Shown here: positions 14,356 to 20,000 of the stretch, piece by piece
How positions within the stretch are numbered: position 1 is the stretch's first letter
Layout of the letters: every line of letters starts with the position of its first letter
From: an uncultured virus (IMG/VR IMGVR_UViG_3300011785_000002)
Lineage: Duplodnaviria > Heunggongvirae > Uroviricota > Caudoviricetes
Virus record (IMG/VR): IMGVR_UViG_3300011785_000002
Span: 56,343-76,342 of that record
Length of the DNA: 20,000 bases
Strand: one strand, 5' to 3'
Notes under the pieces: generated by a model
What the model was told of the DNA's origin: nothing
Seen by the model: only the letters and a program-made list of their open reading frames with translations
Databases searched by the model: none
Program-made: the position numbers and the translations under genes

Positions 14356-15939
14356 TTAACCTACCTTTAAATAATCCATACTCAAACCACCTAAAGCATC
14401 ATCGTGATTTGTAGTTGCTTTAGGGAAATAAATCACTGGGTTGTCCGGGTTGGCTTTGTTACTGCTTTTAGAGTTGTGATGGACTGCCCACATCACATAT
14501 TGATCAGCGGTTTCTTCATACTCCAAAACAACAATACGAAGTGGTTCTTTACGAACACCTCGCTTTGCCCTGGCCACGGCTTGTAAAAATTCATCGTCAC
14601 CATAGTTTAAACTGTGGAAAATTACAGTATTGACATGCCCCCAGTTAAAACCGATTCCGGCTGTTGCTGCAGAACACACCACAATATCTAAATTACCTCT
14701 TTGGAACTCCAGGTCGATGTTATTACGACGATTTTGTGGAACACCACCATGAATAACACCTACCTTATATTTCTTGGATGCCAGGTACTCTGCAATTTTT
14801 TCTATTTCTGCCGTGAATGTGCCGAAGATAATGAGTGGTTCACCTTCTTCTGCGTACTCCAGGATTCGGTCAAGCTTTGGTGTAACTCCATCAAAGATAT
14901 TGGCTTTCTCGAACTTGATCGGATTTCCTTTAAGATCCCAGTCAATTGGTAAATTGATTGCGTGAGGATGTGCAAGCATTTGTCTAATTCGGAGGCTGTT
15001 TGTACCTCCTGTTTTTGCTTCCAGGACAATCTCTTTAATTTCCGCAATCCCTTCCTGTTCAAATTGGTTGTAGATTTTGGCAACTTTTTCCTCCATTGGT
15101 AAAGCATCCCGGATGATAAACTCCGGAACATCACCATACATATCTTTGGTGGTCCAACAGATAGAATAATTTTCCAGAAATGTTTTCAGAATGTGATGGT
15201 TTTTCCACTCCATGACCGATCCGTATTCATCAAGATCAGCATGGGTTCGCATAAAGAAATCTATTGTTCCGTAGTAGCTTTTCTGGATCATGTGAGCATA
15301 AATATAAGCCCCCTGCAATTTCCCACGTGGGGTTGGGGTTGCAGTCATGAAATTAACACGGTTCCAGTCTGGGGTATTAAAGACGAATGCTTGGGTACGT
15401 TTACTATTGAACCCACGGTAATATAGATGGGGTTCATCACAAATCACTTGAACAATATCTGTAAACTTGGAACGCATGTCTCCAATATACTTAGCATAAG
15501 CCTCTGCAGTCATTAACCACACAAGCGTGTTTTCATCCAAAGATATTTTGGTACGTTGATTATGAGTGCCTTTCACAATCTTGACCTGATCCGGTTTTAG
15601 ATCAGGGTTCCAGTCCAGTAGTTCTCTTTGATTTTTGTTAAGCAAAGAACTCGGTTGAATCCAAATGATTCGACATGAGAGCTGCCCTTTGGTTACGTTG
15701 AACGCTGAAAAACGATTAGCTCTGATCCACGAAGTTAAGGAGGTCGAAGTCAACGTCCCACTCAGCTGTAGCTTCTGTTCTAGCGTCTCCGGTGTCATTC
15801 TCAATAAGAATCCGGTCAGAGCACAATGCGGTGCTGTTTTCCCCGTCCCGGCCTGGGATCTGTCCAGGAAGCGGTGGTTGATAATTAGATGTTGAAAGGT
15901 CTTGATCTGTTTCTCTCTCAACAGTAGCGGTTCTGACAT
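14356..15939 (-). CDS. superfamily 2 DNA helicase (DExH)
   Basis: LREKQ Q-motif, GTGKT, DEPH, TATP, IHGG, GIGFN, QAVARAKR; GGAGG SD. Confidence 0.92.
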   Translation of the reverse strand: MSEPLLLREKQIKTFQHLIINHRFLDRSQAGTGKTAPHCALTGFLLRMTPETLEQKLQLSGTLTSTSLTSWIRANRFSAFNVTKGQLSCRIIWIQPSSLLNKNQRELLDWNPDLKPDQVKIVKGTHNQRTKISLDENTLVWLMTAEAYAKYIGDMRSKFTDIVQVICDEPHLYYRGFNSKRTQAFVFNTPDWNRVNFMTATPTPRGKLQGAYIYAHMIQKSYYGTIDFFMRTHADLDEYGSVMEWKNHHILKTFLENYSICWTTKDMYGDVPEFIIRDALPMEEKVAKIYNQFEQEGIAEIKEIVLEAKTGGTNSLRIRQMLAHPHAINLPIDWDLKGNPIKFEKANIFDGVTPKLDRILEYAEEGEPLIIFGTFTAEIEKIAEYLASKKYKVGVIHGGVPQNRRNNIDLEFQRGNLDIVVCSAATAGIGFNWGHVNTVIFHSLNYGDDEFLQAVARAKRGVRKEPLRIVVLEYEETADQYVMWAVHHNSKSSNKANPDNPVIYFPKATTNHDDALGGLSMDYLKVG

Positions 15940-16204
15940 TTTGACCTCCCAAATTAACTGTTTTCAATTTAAAAAACCGTTCCGTGAACTCAGCATTGTT
16001 CAGGGTTCGGATAAGCTCAAAAATGCTGGCCGTTGTAGGTACGTCATACCCAGCATAGACTTGAGCCAGTTGGTTTTTGTTCCGAATGTTTAAGGAGCTG
16101 CAAATAATTTCCAGCTCTTTTTCACGTTCAGGACTTGCAAACAAGTGATTTTCTAACAACTGGCCAAATTCTAAAGCGAAGATTGTGTCCAGGTTTTTCA
16201 TCAT
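15716..16204 (-). CDS. hypothetical protein (162 aa) overlapping the helicase 5' end
   Basis: Start overlaps the upstream stop (ATGA); open for a further 224 nt into the helicase gene. Confidence 0.7.
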   Translation of the reverse strand: MMKNLDTIFALEFGQLLENHLFASPEREKELEIICSSLNIRNKNQLAQVYAGYDVPTTASIFELIRTLNNAEFTERFFKLKTVNLGGQNVRTATVERETDQDLSTSNYQPPLPGQIPGRDGENSTALCSDRILIENDTGDARTEATAEWDVDFDLLNFVDQS

Positions 16205-16473
16205 TTATGGATTACCTTTGCAAGTTGATTGGAAATTGATCGTAGTACCTTCATAACCCAGATCAGGATTTTTTCAATGAAGGATAGAATAAATAAGAGA
16301 ATTAAAATTGGAGCTGAGATCACTAAAGCATATAAGGCCCACCAGAGGTGGTTTCTCTTTTTAGGATCAGCCATGTGGGTTTTAATATCCAGAACAGATG
16401 GAAGAATAAACCAAATAATTAAAATCCCCAGATAAGTAAGCAGGGTTTGGTTTATTGTTATTTCAAAAGTCAT
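16201..16473 (-). CDS. small membrane protein
   Basis: Two TM segments; ATGA overlap with the upstream gene. Confidence 0.75.
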   Translation of the reverse strand: MTFEITINQTLLTYLGILIIWFILPSVLDIKTHMADPKKRNHLWWALYALVISAPILILLFILSFIEKILIWVMKVLRSISNQLAKVIHK

Positions 16474-16703
16474 ATCACTATTTCCTTAATTTCACCGGTG
16501 GCTATTTTACGGATTGTTTCACGAGAAAGGTGAATAATAACACCTAAGTGAGTATCACGAATACACATTCGTTCCGCTTCCAGATAATCCGTGGAGGCAT
16601 AAGCGATAGGCATTGATAAAGGATCCACAACGATGAATAAATCACCGTCGTGGGCCTCGACCATATCCATGCTTAAACCTATGTGTTTGTTTGGGTCAAA
16701 CAT
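16470..16703 (-). CDS. hypothetical protein (77 aa)
   Basis: AAGGA SD, tight packing. Confidence 0.78.
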   Translation of the reverse strand: MFDPNKHIGLSMDMVEAHDGDLFIVVDPLSMPIAYASTDYLEAERMCIRDTHLGVIIHLSRETIRKIATGEIKEIVI

Positions 16704-16712
16704 GGTTGGTCC

Positions 16713-17135
16713 TTATTTGAAATAATGTTTTTTCGATCCTGGTTCCATCACGTACAGCCCAGGTACTTTGTCCATTAAGGCTTTCACAACTGGTGCTGTT
16801 GTATCTGCTTTGGCATACATTAGAGGATCATAACCTTCTTTACTCAAAGCCTTAAATACTTTCAAGTTATCAATCACTTTCGTTTGAGTATTTGAAACTT
16901 TTAACGTGTAAGTTAGCCCATAACTTCCTTCAGGTAGTTTCAACGCTTTGATTTCATCTTCAACACGTTCAATGGTTTTGATGATTGGCTTGAACTTGTC
17001 CAGGAGTTTTCCACGTAGTTCTAAAAGTTCGGTCACATACTGTTCCCGAGTTTTTTGATCTAAGCCTTCTTTTTTCAACAGCCACACAAGTTCGCTTACT
17101 TTGTCTTGAACTTCTTCAATTGACGATATTTTCAT
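16713..17135 (-). CDS. hypothetical protein (140 aa)
   Basis: GGAG SD, coiled-coil N-terminus. Confidence 0.8.
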   Translation of the reverse strand: MKISSIEEVQDKVSELVWLLKKEGLDQKTREQYVTELLELRGKLLDKFKPIIKTIERVEDEIKALKLPEGSYGLTYTLKVSNTQTKVIDNLKVFKALSKEGYDPLMYAKADTTAPVVKALMDKVPGLYVMEPGSKKHYFK

Positions 17136-17151
17136 GATTTATTTCTCCGAA

Positions 17152-17535
17152 TTAGATTACGCTGAACAGCACATTAACGTCTGAACGTACAAGACGAGCT
17201 AGATCATTAAGTGCTTCATAAGTTTGAACAGTTTTTTTGTTTGCAGTTTGTCGGATAGCATCTTCCAACATGTGTCGAACATCTACATAGAAACCCAGTG
17301 GGCCAAATCCGTTGACGTTGTCTTCAACCATTGGTTTTCCATCTATAATTTCAAGTTTCTTGTGATCAGTGCATTCAAACAGCTTTACTACTTTTCCATT
17401 CTCCCACCAGACATAAAGACTATGTGTGAGCTGGTATCTGTTACGATCCTGATTACCTTTGTAAATCTTACTGTGGATATTTTTGACGATGTTGTTTAAG
17501 TTCTGGTATGAATAATCAGCTAGGGCATTTCCCAA
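17152..17535 (-). CDS. hypothetical protein (127 aa)
   Basis: TTG start with AGGAG SD. Confidence 0.78.
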   Translation of the reverse strand: MGNALADYSYQNLNNIVKNIHSKIYKGNQDRNRYQLTHSLYVWWENGKVVKLFECTDHKKLEIIDGKPMVEDNVNGFGPLGFYVDVRHMLEDAIRQTANKKTVQTYEALNDLARLVRSDVNVLFSVI

Positions 17536-17550
17536 TTTTGTTTCTCCTAT

Positions 17551-17582
17551 AAAAGAACCTCAGTGGTTAGACTGAGGTTCTT
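17551..17582 (-). terminator. rho-independent terminator
   Basis: AAGAACCTCAGT-CTAACC-ACTGAGGTTCTT-TT. Confidence 0.7.
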
Positions 17583-17601
17583 GGTTTAAATTACGCTGGG
17601 T

Positions 17602-18441
17602 TTAGCGTTTTTCAAAAGTACCGATTAAGGTGTCTTCAATTTTATCACTTACTAAGGTTTGGAAATTTTCCGCTGCTTTCAAGTAGTGGTTGAGTAAACC
17701 TAATGGACGTAATGAATACAACGCTTTTTGGCCACCGTTGTCTTTACTTTGGAAGCGAACATCGACAGCGAAGGTTACTTCCTGTTCTGCCAGGTTTAAA
17801 TAGATCGGTGTTTTGAAGCCAAAGCTGTCAGCCAGGTTTTTATCTGCAGACTCAATAGCGATCTTTTCAAAATCAGATCCTGTGTACTGAAGACCAGTGG
17901 TGTTCAATTCAGAAGTTGATTGTTTATCAATCTTGGCGTTACGAATCGCTTTTACAGCATTAGCCAGTTTGATTTGCTCACCTTCTTTCATGCCCCAGAT
18001 ACTTTCGGTGCCTAAGAATGCTTCCAGTGTTTCAGCAAAGTCAGTGGCTTCTTGAGGACGACGAGTATCTTCCAAAAACTTCACAAACAAAGGATCTTTG
18101 ACCAACACCAAAATAGCTTTATCATCACAGAAACCTGGCAGTGCTGTTTCACCAAAGTTAAGCACTGTTTCAGCAAACAGACGTGTTTCTGGATTTTCAG
18201 CATTAATGAACGTGCGGTTGTTCTGAGCACTGGTCTCGTTGGAACGATCATTTACGTATGCAAAATAAGATTCTGGATTGTTCGTGGTAAACGTACCCGA
18301 GAAGCGACGATCTACATCGGTGTTAAACTTTTGAAGATCTACAAGACGGAAATCTTGATGAACAATCATTGAGTTGCTTGGAACTTCAACATTGTCGTTG
18401 TAATCCTTAGCGAATGAATAATCTACTGGTTGCTTTTCCAT
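17602..18441 (-). CDS. YfdQ-like (DUF2303 family) phage protein
   Basis: Length, RRFSGTFTT motif, PGFCDDKA motif, and pairing with a YfdP-like gene. Confidence 0.75.
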   Translation of the reverse strand: MEKQPVDYSFAKDYNDNVEVPSNSMIVHQDFRLVDLQKFNTDVDRRFSGTFTTNNPESYFAYVNDRSNETSAQNNRTFINAENPETRLFAETVLNFGETALPGFCDDKAILVLVKDPLFVKFLEDTRRPQEATDFAETLEAFLGTESIWGMKEGEQIKLANAVKAIRNAKIDKQSTSELNTTGLQYTGSDFEKIAIESADKNLADSFGFKTPIYLNLAEQEVTFAVDVRFQSKDNGGQKALYSLRPLGLLNHYLKAAENFQTLVSDKIEDTLIGTFEKR

Positions 18442-18495
18442 GTTTTGTTCCTAAATATAGGTTAATTTAAAAGTAAGGGGATTAAAACGTGATTC

Positions 18496-18876
18496 TTACG
18501 AACCACGCATATTGATTCCAGCCGGCATACCGCTTGCCATACTGTCGTTATTAAATTCTTCTTTACGTTTTGGCGGTGTGTCCACCAAGCCCTTTTGTGG
18601 GTCCAGGAAGAAGACACTTTCACGTGTTTCGTTCTCAGTCTTGTCACCACGTTTGGTTGGGATTTTGTATGATACTTTAGCATCTACTTTGACACCGACG
18701 TCTGAATCTTCTGACATTTTGGTCAGTTTAAGTTCCAGTTTTACGTCTGCAGTCTTTTTCCCATCCAGCACAAGTACCGCAACTGCAGCATCTGAAAGGA
18801 CTTTTGAGATAATTTGTTCAGTAACACCAGCACCTAAAGAGCCGATAAATTCTTTTACATCTGTTGGTTTAGACAT
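18496..18876 (-). CDS. YfdP-like phage protein
   Basis: MSKPTDV.EFI..L.AGV.EQ.IS..LSD.A.AV and PTKRG...E motifs; start moved to ATG 18876 (AAGGAG SD). Confidence 0.72.
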   Translation of the reverse strand: MSKPTDVKEFIGSLGAGVTEQIISKVLSDAAVAVLVLDGKKTADVKLELKLTKMSEDSDVGVKVDAKVSYKIPTKRGDKTENETRESVFFLDPQKGLVDTPPKRKEEFNNDSMASGMPAGINMRGS

Positions 18877-18904
18877 TTCTGTCTCCTTTTGCCATGGTTG
18901 AATC

Positions 18905-18932
18905 AAAAATATACCCAGTTTCGTAACTGGGT
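18905..18932 (-). terminator. putative terminator
   Basis: ACCCAGTT-ACGA-AACTGGGT-ATATTTTT. Confidence 0.55.
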
Positions 18933-18971
18933 GAGAATTAAGACTAAATGTTTTTCAATTAGCCGTCAAGA

Positions 18972-19340
18972 TTAAAATCTGGGTTGAACTGCAATTACTT
19001 CAAAAGCTCCCATTTTCTCGTGAACTGGATCGACTTCCAAACCGAGTAAGCCATGGGTGACTTTACCGTCGTTGATAAAGTGCACATCCAGTGTCACGTT
19101 ATTTTTCCCAGCCTCGGCAGGGTCAATATCTATTTCAATACTGTCCCATTCGATTAAGGCGATTCCATGTTTACGAATACGATCCAGGGCATGGCCTATG
19201 ATCCGTTTCGTTAAAGCAAGGTGGCCAAATGGTTTTGCTGTCATCGTTTTTGTGTTTGGGTTTTTGATGTAATACTCAACCTTATGTGGGTTGAGTACAC
19301 TCACTTTGCGTTCTTTCACTGCTTTAGGGTTCTTTGCCAT
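18972..19340 (-). CDS. hypothetical protein (122 aa)
   Basis: TAATG stop/start overlap with the upstream gene. Confidence 0.78.
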   Translation of the reverse strand: MAKNPKAVKERKVSVLNPHKVEYYIKNPNTKTMTAKPFGHLALTKRIIGHALDRIRKHGIALIEWDSIEIDIDPAEAGKNNVTLDVHFINDGKVTHGLLGLEVDPVHEKMGAFEVIAVQPRF

Positions 19341-19915
19341 TAATTTTCAGATTCCTGTTGTTTAGCCTTAGCCATAAGTTTTACCAGTAAACCTTCCGGG
19401 ATCAGGTCAACTTTATAACCAAGGAATTTATCAGTACCTTTGCGTGTAGTTGCTCGTTGGTATTGATCAGTGATTTTAACTCCCATAATTTGGGCAATTC
19501 GTTTCATACAAGATTCACCACATGAGCCGTCTATGTAATACTTTCGTTCTCGAATTGCTTTGCGAACTTTGGAAGCAACGTATTTTCCATCTTTCTGCAA
19601 GGTTTCACGGTCTCGGAAACTTAAACCGTATGGGATTCCTTCACCAGCCTGGATCTCTTTATACATCCCAGTTGCCAGGGCTTCTAAAGCGTGTTCTTCG
19701 TCAATAAGAAGTTGTTTTAAGTAAAAACCTAAGTCTTCTCCTGTCATATCATAACCGCCCCCCATACATTTAAACACTTGCCCTGTTCTGGAATGTGTCA
19801 AACGAACGATTGGGTAACCTTGCGTTTCATAGCCTCGGCTTACGCCTCGGCTAAAGCTTAGGAAACAGTTAATGTCAGAGTAAGTAGCGATTTGATTTAA
19901 AGTTTGCTTGTTCAT
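19340..19915 (-). CDS. conserved-looking phage hypothetical protein (191 aa)
   Basis: AAGGG SD; motifs GGGYDM and IDGSCG. Confidence 0.8.
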   Translation of the reverse strand: MNKQTLNQIATYSDINCFLSFSRGVSRGYETQGYPIVRLTHSRTGQVFKCMGGGYDMTGEDLGFYLKQLLIDEEHALEALATGMYKEIQAGEGIPYGLSFRDRETLQKDGKYVASKVRKAIRERKYYIDGSCGESCMKRIAQIMGVKITDQYQRATTRKGTDKFLGYKVDLIPEGLLVKLMAKAKQQESEN

Positions 19916-19961
19916 GAGAATTTTCCCTTATTTATCAATAAATTAGATTTAACTGTTGAAT

Positions 19962-19989
19962 TAAAATCCGGACTTTAAAGTCCGAATTT
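19962..19989 (-). terminator. putative terminator hairpin
   Basis: AAATTCGGACT-TTAA-AGTCCGGATTT-TA. Confidence 0.55.
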
Positions 19990-20000
19990 ATTCATTTCTT

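Noticed and set aside
404..19707. All plus-strand ORFs and nested alternate-frame minus ORFs (e.g. 18512-18901, 13708-14028, 14802-15137, 1359-1625)
   Set aside because: Shadows of clear minus-strand genes, without SD or recognisable motifs

Overview
AT-rich 20-kb segment of a tailed dsDNA bacteriophage or prophage; all credible genes are on the minus strand. The host is probably a gammaproteobacterium, and Acinetobacter-like is an inference from the tail proteins. In transcription order (right to left) it holds: small early-type hypotheticals including a YfdP/YfdQ-like pair; an SF2 helicase; a putative SSB; a 5'-3' (flap) exonuclease; a tail-anchored CotH-kinase-domain protein; an Mtd/C-type-lectin-like receptor-binding protein; a lysis cassette (two holin-like proteins, a DUF3380-type muramidase and an unannotated 39-aa cationic peptide); a non-coding RNA island (three highly structured ncRNA candidates plus tRNA-Asn and tRNA-Thr); family A DNA polymerase; a Zn-finger protein; a RecU-like resolvase; and a DEDDh exonuclease. 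The most striking unexplained signals are at RNA level: large structured RNAs co-transcribed with the tRNAs, a ~45-nt promoter/terminator-bounded sRNA whose 5' end is perfectly antisense to the start codons of two downstream genes, SD-occluding hairpins on late genes, and a two-fold symmetric hairpin upstream of the SSB gene.
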